Of a DNA stretch of 64,000 nucleotides, positions 24,621-36,959 are shown piece by piece. Below the pieces are notes generated by a model. The model saw nothing but the letters and a program-made list of their open reading frames with translations, did no database searches and was not told the DNA's origin. How positions within the stretch are numbered: the first letter of the stretch is position 1; each line of letters begins with the position of its first letter. Both the position numbers and the translations under genes were made by a program. The stretch covers positions 173,476,001 through 173,540,000 of the forward strand of contig OZ024741.1 of assembly GCA_964016885.1 (NCBI GenBank). Direction: 5' to 3'. Source of the DNA: Eledone cirrhosa (Eukaryota).

Positions 24621-25285
24621 CTTGGGTTGTGGTTCTATGTACCTGAAAGGGAAAAAGGCCGTGCGATTGCTTGATGATGGTCGAGGGGTTCTCACACATG
24701 GCTACTCTAGCCACCATACTACCATGCACAACACTAATATGACTAGTGTTAGCCCTGTATATGCAATTAGTAAACATTGTATTTGTGCTTGTCATGTTTT
24801 GGCAGGGTTTTTCTGGCTGGATGCCCTTCCTATCACCTCCCACTTTACAGCATGGACCAGCACTAGAGAGGTTGTCTTACTGGACTCAAAAGTCCTCTCC
24901 ACCCTATATCAGTTTTTATTTCGACTGTCTACTCTGATACACAGGTTGCTTTCACTACAGCTTATGGAGTCCACCTCTGCCTTGTGCAGTCGTTTTTATT
25001 TAGAGTCACTGCTCTTCTAGACGTGTGCCTTTACTACAGCTTGCAGAGTCCGTAATCATAAACCTACTTTACTCAGGGTAGCAGCAGACTGCAGATAACA
25101 ATTGACCTTAGTGGTTTCACAGGGTAATTGGTAATTGAGTAGGGAAAGCAACAGACTGAGGGATTGTGGAAATGAGGGGGGGGGAGCAAAGCAATGTCAG
25201 CTAAAACAGCTAACTGGAAGGTGGTGGATAGGGGGTAGGAGGATGTGTATATGTATATATATATATGTGTGTGTGTCTGTGTGTG

Positions 25286-25502
25286 TGTAAAAGGTAAACA
25301 GAAATAACAACACAATCGGTACAGTATATTGAAGGAATATATTAGGTTAATGCTTGAAATAGCAGGAAGAGGGTCTTAACGTTTTGGACGCTAGTCCTTC
25401 ATCAGAAGAAAGAATGAGAAATGAAATATATTGAGGGGACGGGCTGGTTGGAATTGGAAAAAATGTCTTTAGATAAAAATAACAGGTCCATTCATGCTGA
25501 CA
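25286..25502 (-). mobile_element. Second copy of the 15830-16046 hammerhead-bearing element
   Basis: Colinear similarity over ~215 bp; ribozyme core has GAAA changed to AAAA at 25385. Confidence 0.8.
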
Positions 25503-25562
25503 GGCACTAACTCTTACATACTTATATATTTATACATACATACAGACACACGAACACACACA

Positions 25563-26790
25563 CATACATACATACATACATGGTGGCTGCCAACTCGTTT
25601 TCGAGAACCCCTACCGATGCGCTGAACGAGTGTGACTTTTTAGTCCAGCCAGGGACTTGAAAACTCTGGTACAAACACTACACCTGTGACAATTATTGAC
25701 ACATAGTGCTGGGCCCATGGTACCATGTGACGACAAGTGCAGAGAGATCTCCAGATATAAAGCAATGCCTGTGCTGTGAAGCTTTTATAGTGAGCAAAGG
25801 CACTGCACAAAGCCAGTCCCACTCTCTTAACCAAGATGATATTTACCTAAAAGAAGAACAAGTCAACATCATTGGATACCATCAGAGTTGCAGGTGTTAT
25901 ATCAGAGTTTTCCTTCTCCTAGAATTCTGCCTTAACAAAGGCTAAGGGGTCATCTCTCGCGGTGATTTTGGATGGCCATTGACTCTTAAGAGCTCCTTTG
26001 CCCTTTGACAGGTTTTGTTTTTAGTCCTGCAGGATGTCCAAAGTCACGCTCCTCACCAAGAAACCTTGGTGGGGTTGCCAGTTTAGTCGCCAACAACCCG
26101 ACCATGAGACAGGTTGTACTGGGTTACATGTTACCAGTAGCACTAACATACATACATACATGGTGGCTGCCAACTCGTTTTCGAGTACGGCCACTACTTT
26201 ATATCCATGTAGGAGAACCCCTACCGATGCGCTGAACGAGTGTGACTTTTTAGTCTCAGCCAGCGACTTGAAAACTGGTACAAACACTACACTTGTGACA
26301 ATTATTGACACATAGTGCTGGGCCCATGGTACCATGTGACGACAAGTGCAGAGAGATCTCCAGATATAAAGCAATGCCTGTGCCGTGAAGCTTTTATAGT
26401 GAGCAAAGGCACTGCACAAAGCCAGTCCCACTCTCTTAACTAAGATGATATTTACCAAAAAGAAGAACAAGTCAACATCATTGGATACCATCAGGGTTGC
26501 AGGTGTTATATCAGAGTTTTCCTTCTCCTAGAATTCTGCCTTGACAAAGGCTAAGGGGTCATCTCTCCCGGTGATTTTGGATGGCCATTGACTCTTAAGA
26601 GCTCCTTTGCCCTTTGACAGGTTTTGTTTTTAGTCCTGCAGGATGTCCAAAGTCACCCTCCTCACCAAGAAACCTTGGTGGGGTTGCCAGTTTAGTCGCC
26701 AACGACCCGACCATGGGACAGGTTGTACTGGGATACATGTTACCAGTAGCACCAACTGGTGACCATACATACATATATACATACATACAT
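25563..26790 (-). mobile_element. Tandem dimer of a ~590 bp non-coding RTE-derived element bounded by (TACA)n
   Basis: 25580-26145 is nearly identical to 26160-26760; minus strand has RTE 5'-UTR-like ctaggagaaggaaaactctga and an (ATGT)n tail. Confidence 0.65.
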
Positions 26791-27494
26791 ACAAACGGGG
26801 GTAACCTTGCATGGGGTCTCTGGCTGAACATTTAAATAGGGCCAATGCATCAAACTGAATATATTTTTTATGGCAGCAAAAAATAATTAATTTCGGGCCC
26901 TTTAGATATTGTAGGTCCCCTGACTACGACCCAGCCAGTTCTGTACCCCGATTCGCCTCCGCTTGTTGTTACGAAAACATCTACATATTCTATTTAAAAA
27001 TATAGATCAAAATATTCCATTCGTCCCATTACGGAGAATGGATGGAAATACAAAAAGAAAATAACACAAACAACAACATGATACATCAATAATATTAATA
27101 ACAATTTCTAATTTAGGCACAAGGCCAACAATGTTAAGTGGAGGGAAAAGTTGATTATATCGACCCAGTATTTTATCGATTCGGGAAAAATTGAAGGCAA
27201 AATTGATTTCGGCTGTAACTACATACGCAAAGCATTTTGTCCGACGCTCTAACGATTCTGCCAATCCGCCACACTATTAATAATTCTTTCTAACCATGAC
27301 ACAAAGCCAGTAATGTTGGAGTGTATGAGGTGGGGATCAATTATATTGACCCTTAGTACTTAACTGGTACTTTATTCTATCGACCTTGGAAGGATGAAAA
27401 GCAAAGTTTGCCTCAGCAGGATTTGAACTCAGAACGTAAAGAGGCGGAACAAATATTGCTCAGCATAACTACTACTAATAATAACTTGAGCTAT

Positions 27495-27622
27495 GAGAAA
27501 CGGAAGAGCAGACAAATACTTCCTGCTAAGCTAGTCACATGATGAAGTAGTTAGGCCGCCATGGTGTTTTGGAGAGTCCTGAGTTAAGGCATTTGTCCGT
27601 GTTTATTTTTTTTTCCTCTTTG
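27495..27622 (+). promoter_or_regulatory. Probable housekeeping core promoter of the SBP2-family gene
   Basis: Non-repeat island with ETS-like CGGAAG (27501) and ACTTCCTG (27518), E-box GTCACATGA (27534), YY1-like GGCCGCCAT (27554), pyrimidine tract TTTTCCTCTTT (27611). Confidence 0.55.
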
Positions 27623-27662
27623 TCATGAAGAACCGATTGTCTTCTGCTCAAAGGAAACAGTG

Positions 27663-27692
27663 ATGACTCAGATTGATACTCTAAGTGCACAG
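27663..27692 (+). CDS. SECISBP2L: Putative first coding exon of the SBP2-family gene (MTQIDTLSAQ)
   Basis: ATG, 10 codons, CAG|GTAGCA donor, phase 0 matches the 36661 exon; sits just after the promoter-like island; vertebrate homologues, as recalled, also have only a short segment before the LSA.V.PF.P motif. Confidence 0.5.
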
Positions 27693-27861
27693 GTAGCATT
27701 TTCCACGCATTTATTTCAAATTCTCTATATATCAAAAGAAATATAAGCCAGTGAATCCCTCTTCTATATATTGTATGTGTTTGTATATATATATATACAC
27801 AACCCCAGTCATATATGTGTGTATATATATATATATATTATATATATATATATTATATATA

Positions 27862-27892
<31 letters not shown>

Positions 27893-29100
27893 GCTCTTGT
27901 TTAGTTCTTTTATTTATAGAGCCACTAAAGAAATATATTATATTTATATGTGTATTCAAATGCAGTGAATGCTTGTAGTAGTTGTGTCACCTATAACATC
28001 TCACTTAGTGTTTTTTGTTTTGTTTAACGTCTTGAGATTGCATCTGAAGAATTTAATGTTTACAACCAGGAATATTTGTGAAAGATGTAGTTCTTATGAT
28101 AGATATTATCTGTTGTCATACAGTGTAACTACTGTTTGCGTTTTGTTTTTGTTTTTCAATTCCTTGTGTATGTATGTTAAGACGTTCTGTTTCACTTTAT
28201 ATTTTTAATCTTACACACAATGCTCACATTATTTTTTATCCACTAACATAGCTATCTTTAAAATTATTATTTCAAAATTCTCTTATCTTATTTCGGAGAT
28301 TTTTCGTTTCGAGCATTTTTTTGTCTGTCTGGTTTTAAGATTACTATAGAAGAAAAGATTATCTTGATGATAGAAAACTGTCAAAATTCATCTCCTTTCA
28401 TTCGTTAAGTTAGTATATATAAATAAACTTGTACCATACTATAATACAGAAAAATATAATCCAAGTATTTATGCATGCTTACTACAACTACTATTACTTC
28501 TGCCTAAATGTAGGTTTTGTTTATTAGTCAAATTATTGACACAATTCCGAAGCTACCTTTTTTATATTGTCGAAAAAGCGAGTCTGTTGAGAAAAACAAA
28601 ATTTGGAATAATAAACCATATTTGATTTCGCTTCTGGCACAAATCGAAGATTTTATTATTAGTGATACAGCAATAGTAGCAATGTATTGGTTTTGTATCA
28701 AATTGTTATAACCTTTACTATTGCTTCTCTATTTTAAAAAATAATTCTATTTTAATATTCAACAGTTCTTATTCCTGTTATATTTCTTCAGAACTAAATC
28801 TTGATTCTATCGCTACTCCTGGTTTTACTCAGTCACACACACGTTCACACAATATTATTTACATATAAACAGAATCCATATAATAGATATATTTTACAAA
28901 CGAAACAAATCAACAGAAATTAATCATAGAAGAAAAAAAAGGAGGAAAGAAAAATGTTTAATATCGTCTTCCTTCTACAATGTTGTTACTGTGTTGTTGT
29001 CACCGTTGATTGATACTTTAGTGCTAATGGACTAAGCAAATATCGCCATTGTTTGTGTGTGTATATATGTATATATATTATTTATATATATATATATATT

Positions 29101-29160
<60 letters not shown>

Positions 29161-30219
29161 TATAGAGAGAGAGAGATAGCTGATTAATGCAATCTGTTGA
29201 TTCCACCGTATTCTTCATTGCATGATTCAAATAAGTAAACTAGATGCCATGTAAAATATTATATTGAAGAATCTATCATGGATGAAAAAATGAAATGCAG
29301 TCTTCGATGAATTATTTTATTTATTTATTTTATGAAAGCGAGTCTTTGACTTCCCGGATCATGAACAACTGAAATAGCTTAGGGTGGGAAATTGTACATG
29401 AAAAGTTTACATATGAGGAAACATTTAAAAATAAAATTGGCTTGATTAGGAATTAACAACACGTCTACTTAAGATAATAAAACATATTTGCTTTAGAAGA
29501 CGTGTTGTAACTAGGGTTAAAATGTTGTAACTAAGGTTATAGTGTTGTAACTGGGGTTGTTAGTAAACTTACGTACTTATTCAATCTATGTTGGGAATAA
29601 TGACAACTGATAGGGAAAACTATTCCAAATAAATTAATTATACATGTTCAAGAAGTTAAGATATAGAAAACCGGATAATTTGAGTTGTTATCATTTTATG
29701 TTCGCTTTCCATACTGGCATGGGCTGGACAGTTATGGCTTAGATCAGTGGTTCTCAACTAGGGTCCATATAAGAATTTGGGGGAGGGAGGCATTAAAAAA
29801 CTAATCAATTGGGGGTCCACAAATTTTACTTTCAAAGAAAATATCTTAAGCTTTAAAGAAAGAAAACAAACAAATAAAACAACCAAAGCAATAGGTCAAC
29901 AAATCCCCCCGGGAATTAATTGAAATCAGAAGAAATAATACTTGACAAAATCAATAATCAACCCAACTAGTGATGGAGTGTAAATAAATGTATATACATA
30001 CATACATATATATATATATATTATATATATATATATAGACGCACACACAAGAATATTGTCTCTAGTATATTTTCCTGGGAAGGATGGACTTCGGCTGGCA
30101 ATGGGGGTATGTACACATATACTTTGGTACTGTATATCATACACACACAACCATACATATATATGGTATACATATATATATATATTTATGTATATAATGT
30201 ATGCACGCACACAAACACG

Positions 30220-30625
30220 TTGCTGAGTGGTTAGAGAATTGGATTCGCAATCATGAGGATGTGATTTCGAATTCCAGACTGGGCAATGCGTTATGTCCTT
30301 GAGCAAGACACTTTATTTCATGTTGCTCCTTCTGCCTGGGGTTGCGGCCGACAGATAGCATTAGCAATTGGAAAGAGCAATGGAAACATTGTTTCCTGGG
30401 TCTTATATATGAGCATAAATGTATGTATATATATATGGTTAGAGAATTGGATTCGCAATCATGAGGTTGTGATTTCAATTCCCAGGCTGGGCGATGCGTT
30501 ATGTCCTTGAGCAAGACACTTTATTTCATGTTGCTCCTTTTGCCTGGAATTGCGACGGGTAGATAGCATTAGCAATTGGAAAGACCAATGGAAACATTGT
30601 TTCTACGGTCCGATTTGACGAGCTC
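30220..30625 (+). mobile_element. Tandem pair of tRNA-derived SINE family 2 (CORE-like block)
   Basis: tRNA-like head gctgagtggttagag...ttcgaattcc followed by tgtccttgagcaagacactt, repeated at 30220 and 30437. Confidence 0.7.
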
Positions 30626-32877
30626 CACCCCACTCGTTAAGCAAATGAGGTCTGGGATATTGTTGATCAACTATCGATCAATATATACACACTGGACACA
30701 TCATTGCACCACTATGTTGACTGTATGCAATAAATGGATTCTTTTACTGGTTTCAGTTATTAAAGTTATTTAGTCAATCATATTTTTGTAGAAGCCAGGT
30801 TTCAGGTTCAGTATCCCTATACAGCACCTTCATTTATTTTTTACTGTAGCTTCAGGTTAACCAGTGAGTAAAATTTAGTTGACAGAAACTGTGTGGAAGC
30901 CCATTTATGTGTATCACTGGTTTTCGTTGCCAGTGTGTCAAGTTGAATACTTGAATGTAGAAAGGAAAGAAAAACAGCAACTTAGACTTTTGATAAATCC
31001 AGATCAATAGAATAAGTACTGAGGTTGAACATGATTGACTAAAACCCTTGAAGATGGTGTCCTAGCATGTTGAAGACAGATGACTAAAACTTTTAAAAAT
31101 AGGTCAATGTTGGTATGGTAGTAATGTGGCCATTTCTATTTGTTTCAACTCTGTATTCTAAGTTCAGATTCTGCTGTGACTTGGGTGGAAAACATTATCT
31201 ACAGTCTGGCTTAACACTATCACTTAGCTTTTGAGTGCCTTTAGCAGAGTTCACTCTGCCATCTGCTTTAACACCGCTATCTGGCCCTTGAATGTGGTGT
31301 CCAGCATGTTGGAAAACAGATAACTGACACTTGTAAACATGTTAATGTTGCTATGGAAGTAATTTAGCCTTTTCTATATATAGTGGATAGGAGTTTTTTT
31401 AAATGCTTGTTTCAGTGTATATATCTTAAATCCCTTATTACAGCTGTATTTTAAGTAAAATTGCTATGGAAGTAGTTTGGTTCTGTATTTGGTTTATAGG
31501 AGTCCCAAAAATGCTTCTATCAATATCAATATTTTAATTTATTATTACAGCTGGATTTCAAATATATCAAAGGAATTATAATTGCTGATAAGGTATCTAA
31601 AGCCATGTATGACTGGATTATTTATCTCATCTAATAAATTGATTGTGATTTATAATTTAATGTTGAAGTTTAAAAATAAGAGTTTTTTCATGTTTAGACA
31701 AAGAAGGAAGGGCAGTGCCTATGAATTTTTTCAGGGCTTCTGATACTCATGTGAGAGATTAGGGGAAGTATCCTTAAACTGGAAGCCTAACCCGAAAACT
31801 TGCAACAGAGTAAATTCTACTAAAGGTATCTAAAGGCCAAATAAGGGGGTTAAACCAAATGCAAATATGAACTCTGCTAAAGGCACTCACAGACTGTGAT
31901 AATGTTAAACCAGACTGCAGATAATGTCTCCCACCCAAGTAAGTTACTGCAGGATTTGAATTCAGAATGCAGAGCTGAAACAAATAATACAAGCCACTCC
32001 ACCATCTTGGACTGGTGCTTTTATTTAATCAACTCTGAAAAGTAAAGTTGACTGTGGTGGAATTTGGACTCTGTTGTTGTTGTTTAACTCCAGGCTAGTT
32101 CTGATTGAGTTGTCTCATATCCCAATTACATAAAACAGAAGTTATTGGAATCACCAGTCAGCTCCAAATAGAAAAAAATATTGGTAGAAGAGTAATCAAT
32201 AATGACCTACCAACCCAGTATGTTTATAGAATTGTAAGCTATTGATTCTACAATTTGTAGTATTATCACTAATATAAAGGCAATTTCCTACCTTTTCTAT
32301 GTAGTCTTTGTTCATTCTTCTCATTGAGATTTAGGATCGACCAGACTATCAAATGTTCTTATACATCACTGGTTACTTAAGGTGCAAGTGACTGAACATT
32401 CCATTGACATGCACCCTGAATGTAATTCTCAGTGTGATTCAGCCTAGCACAGTGTGTGATAAGGTTGGCCCTTTGAAATACAGGCACAACTTGTTTTTTT
32501 CCAGCTGAATGGACACAAATGTGCCACCAGGAATCAAACTCATGACCTTATGATCGTGAGTTGAATACCCTAACCACCAAGCCATACACCTTCACTTGAA
32601 TGCTTGTATTAGCTAATCACACTAATCACATGTTGTAGCAATCTATTAATACACCTGTAGGTTCCTGGGTAATTTTGAATTTGGATTTTATTATTTTTGA
32701 ATTGGATTAGCTTCACCTACCCACTATCAAAAGGCAAACACACTACAATGTTCAAACTCCTGAATCGAGAATGGTTGTTGTCTAAGTAATTAAAGAATAC
32801 TTGGAGTTATACTATTTTGGCAAGTGACTATATTTGAGACTGTTTAAATTGAAGCAGTTGCATCATAGAAGAGTTAT

Positions 32878-35815
32878 TCATCATCATCATCATCATCACC
32901 GTTTTACGTCCGTTCTTCCATGCTAGCATGGGTTAGACGGGTTGTCCTGTTGTGGGCAGTGTCTGGTCGGCTGACCATGCCTTGCTCATACAGGAACTGA
33001 TTTTGGCTTGATTTCTACAGCTGGATGCCCTTCCTAACACCAACCTCATTTACAGTGAGTGCTGGGTGCTTTTTTTCCATGGCGCCTACATGTGCACTTT
33101 ACAGTGTGGGCTGGGTGCTTTTTTGCCGTGGCACCTCCATGACCACTTTGCAGTGGGAGGGTGTGGGGGCATATTGTCTATATGCTTCAGCTTGTACCCA
33201 TGGGAGGTCGGGTACTCTGTATTACTGTGTGACGCCAGAGGCCACGGTCGTGTGTTATCGCCTTTGAGAGGTGTAATTGGGTAAGGTCGGCTTTCATCAC
33301 TTCATCCCAGGTCTTGGGTCTCCCACTCTGCGGTTTTGACTTCTCCACGGTTTTGACTTCTAGTGCTCTGCACCTTTTTATGCAGCTGTCATCCTTCATA
33401 CACATCACATGTCCATACCAATGCAACTGCTTCTCCTGCACACAGCATTTGATTCCTCTTATGCTCAGTCTCTCTCTCAATTCATTTATGCTTTGCCGTT
33501 CGCGTATATTACTATTACACATCCATCAGAGCATGCAGGCTTTGTTTCTTTCTAATCTACGTAAGTCTTCCACCTTCAGTGCCCAGGTCTCACTACCATG
33601 TAATATTGCTGTTCGTATCATACAGTCTGCTTTTCATTTTGAGGGAAAAGCCTTTTGCAGCTAGCAGTGACAGTAGTTCCCTGAACTTCTTCCATCCCGT
33701 TCTTACCCTAATTATTGTACTTTCTGAACACCCTCCTCCGCTGCTAATTCAGTCACCTAGGTAGCAGAAGCTGTCTACTGTTTCTACAGAGCCCTCCCAG
33801 AGATTGGTGGTACATGTTTCCTGTGGCTGTTTGCTGCTTGCTGTCCCAGCACAGCTGCTACATGTGAAGCCTACATTCTTAATTAAGCTTCCTGAGATCC
33901 CGCTACATCTCTTGTGTACCCATTGTTTGCATTTGGGGCAGAGAATGGAGTTCCTACCTACACCTTTCCTACATACTGAGCAAGACCATTTCTCTGAGGG
34001 GATCTGGGTTCTGTTTTCTAGTCTACTTACAATGACCTTAGTCTTTGTAAGGTTGACTTTGAGACCCTTTCTTTCTAGTCCCTGCTTCCAAGTTTGGAAT
34101 TTCTTCTCTAGTTCTACCATAGATTCAGCTATAAGTACGAGGTCATCTGCATACAGGAGTTCCCATGGGCATCCAGTCTTAAACTCCTCCGTTATTGCCT
34201 GCAGGACTATGATGAACAGGAGAGGGCTAAGAACAGAGCCCTGGTGGACACCAACCTAAATTCCTCGCTATACTCATTGCTAATCCTAACTTTGCTGACT
34301 GCTCCTCTATATATGGCTTGTACAGCTTTCACAAGCCATTCATCTACTCCTAGTTTTCTAAGAGCCCACCAGATTACTGCACGTGGAACTCTGTCAAAGG
34401 CTTTCTCAAGGTCGACAAATGCCAAGTAGAGTGGCTCACTTTTAGCTAGGTACTTTTCCTGTAACTGCCTCACAAGGAAGAGGGCATCAGTGGTGCCTCT
34501 TCCTGGTACAAACCCAAATTGCATCTTATCTAGTTTCACCCAGTCCCTAATCAACTGTGCTATAACTCTTTCTGTTACTTTCATGACCTGGTCCATCAGC
34601 TTTATACCTCTATAGTTTCCTCTATCTAGTGCATCACCTTTACCTTTGTAGCAGTTGACAATGATGCTACTGCACCAATCTTTTGGTATGACACCTAGTA
34701 TTACCTGGTTAACAATACGTGTGGTTATAGTGTGACCTACTGACTCAGATGCCTTCAGCGTCTCGGCAGCTATACCTGATGGACCGGTTGCCTTCCCCAT
34801 CTTCATATCTTTGATTGCCTTACTTACTACGCTGCTGCTGACTTGTACTGCTGGCCCCCCTATAGGGTCTATTCTTCCCATGCATTCTCCTCATTTACTA
34901 ATCTATCATAATGGCTCTTCCATGCATCTTTCTTCTCAGCACTTGTGAGGGCAAGCTCACCTTTATCATTCCGGATACACTTCTCTCCAATGACATCACA
35001 ATTCTCTCTGACACACTGCCTCGCAATCTTGAACAGCTCCTGTTTCTGGTCCTCATGTTGCAAAACATGCTTGAATTTTCTATCCTCTGCTTCCCTCCTA
35101 GCTAAGTATACTTGTCGCCTAGCTTCCCTCTTGGTCTCTATGTAATGTACCCTGCTTCCCCCGTTCTTCCATTCTTTCGATGCCTGTCTCTTGGCCTTAA
35201 CTGCCTCATCTACCTTAGTGTTCCACCAACAAGTCACTCTCCTCCTGCTTGTGGTCTTACTCCAGCCACAGATCTCATCCGTTGCCTCTAGTAAGTTATT
35301 TTTTAGGAATTCCCAGTGCTCTTCTACATTGAATGTCTCTATCTGTTCTTCTTTACTGTCGTAGGCATTGAGTAAAATATCTTTAAATCTGTTACTGGTT
35401 GACGGGTCTTTCAGCTTCCAGATCTTTCTTCTCCAGGTTGGCCTCTGTTTCCAGGTTCGTCTAGTTCTGACCGTGAGGTTGCTGACAACTAAGATATGTT
35501 GGGAGGTATATTCCTCACTAGGGAAGGCTTTTGTGTTTACGACCGTCCATCTGTTATGTCCTCTGATGAGGATAAAATCTGACTAGAATGCCCCCTGATC
35601 TATAGGTGATCAGGTGGTTGTAGGGTTTTTTGAAGTTTGTGTTACATATCGACATGTCATTGGCGTTGCAGAATTCTTGAAGTCTGAATCCTTCTTCATT
35701 TCTTGTGCCAACCCCATGTCCTCCATGGACTCTATTGAAGCCGTCACAGTGTTTACCTACGTGTCCGTTAAAATCTCCTGCAATGATTAGGAAGTCATTG
35801 TCGTTTGTTAGAGCA
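32878..35815 (-). mobile_element. RTE LINE, 5'-truncated, several frameshifts
   Basis: ORF pieces 35554-35850 (APE), 34207-34881 (FVDLEKAFDRV), 33749-34120 (PHD-like); (CAT)n tail. Confidence 0.92.
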
Positions 35816-36660
35816 GTAGTCATTGGAGCAATTAACTCTTTTGATACCAAACGATTTGAAATTACCCCTTGTTCAATGTGTATAGAGTATATTTAGGAGT
35901 TCTACTTGCTTGGCGACCATTTGTTGAAACTGAAGCAGTTACATTGTTGAGGAGTCATTGTAACCATTCCAAAACACAAAAAACATTATATCTGTTTTTC
36001 TATTTATTTCATGGTGTCAACATTTTCATTGCTGTTTCTGTAACCTGGTTACTGAAGGATTATCATACAGCTTGGCCTACCTTTTATGCTTAATCTAGTT
36101 TTGTAATAAAATTGAACTTGCTGTTAACCATTTCTTGACAATATTTTAAATTAAATACACTATTTCAATTAAGTAATGAAGAATTTTGTGGGTTTTACTA
36201 AAATTATTTCATTAACTTAACATTTTTTCTTATATAAAATTATGCTGAAAGATTTTTATTTAAAATGGTTGGTTGTGTTTCATTGATATCAAAAGGATTA
36301 GAACAACTGTTTTTTTACTGTAAATTTAAAAAAAAATTGTTTATTTGTTTTGATAGAAATATAATTGTATTTGAAATATATATGCTTTTCTCAGAAAAAA
36401 ATAGCCTCAGAAATTAGGTCAGTTACCCTTGGCAATGGAAAAAAGGACAGATGTCTGCAGGAAACTACATCTGCAGTAACCATGTTTCTGTAAACATTTT
36501 TTTCCATCTCTAAGAGTAATTTATCTGACTTACAGGACTATTTCAGAGTAAATATATGCAATATGGCAGCTTTTCATAAGAAAAGCAAATTGATTTAAAA
36601 TTAAAAAAATTTTCAAATATCTTTGTACATTTATTGGACTGTTATTATATTTCTGTGCAG

Positions 36661-36881
36661 GTTGCCAGCAGTCGTGTGCTGTCACCTGATGCTAAAGTAT
36701 TCATTCCTCAGCAGTGTAAAAGTGCATCAGCAGCTGCTGTACTCGTAGCAAAAGATGCTCCTATTTTACCACAAGCTTTTGAAGCACTGCCTGATGGAAG
36801 TTCGAAACATCCCAACAGAATGGCTGCTAGCTTCACTGCACTTGGAATGCCTGCTGGTGCATCTCCTATGCTGACAAATGG
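36661..36881 (+). CDS. SECISBP2L: SBP2-family exon containing PAM2-like motif
   Basis: tgcag|GTT...AATGG|gtaagt; VASSRVLSPDAKVFIPQ corresponds to the N-terminal LSA.V.PF.P motif of SBP2/SBP2L; phases 0/2. Confidence 0.85.
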
Positions 36882-36959
36882 GTAAGTCATCATCATTATC
36901 ACCATTAAACATCTATTTTCCATGCTTGCATAGGTTAGACAGGCTGTCACATTATGTAA

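Noticed and set aside
30220-30300. tRNA gene
   Set aside because: A/B-box-like head runs into a SINE body, with no complete cloverleaf or terminator
31697-31770. Possible exon in the first intron
   Set aside because: Matches a dispersed repeat also at 47425 and 48195 (gtttag...aaggcagtgccc)
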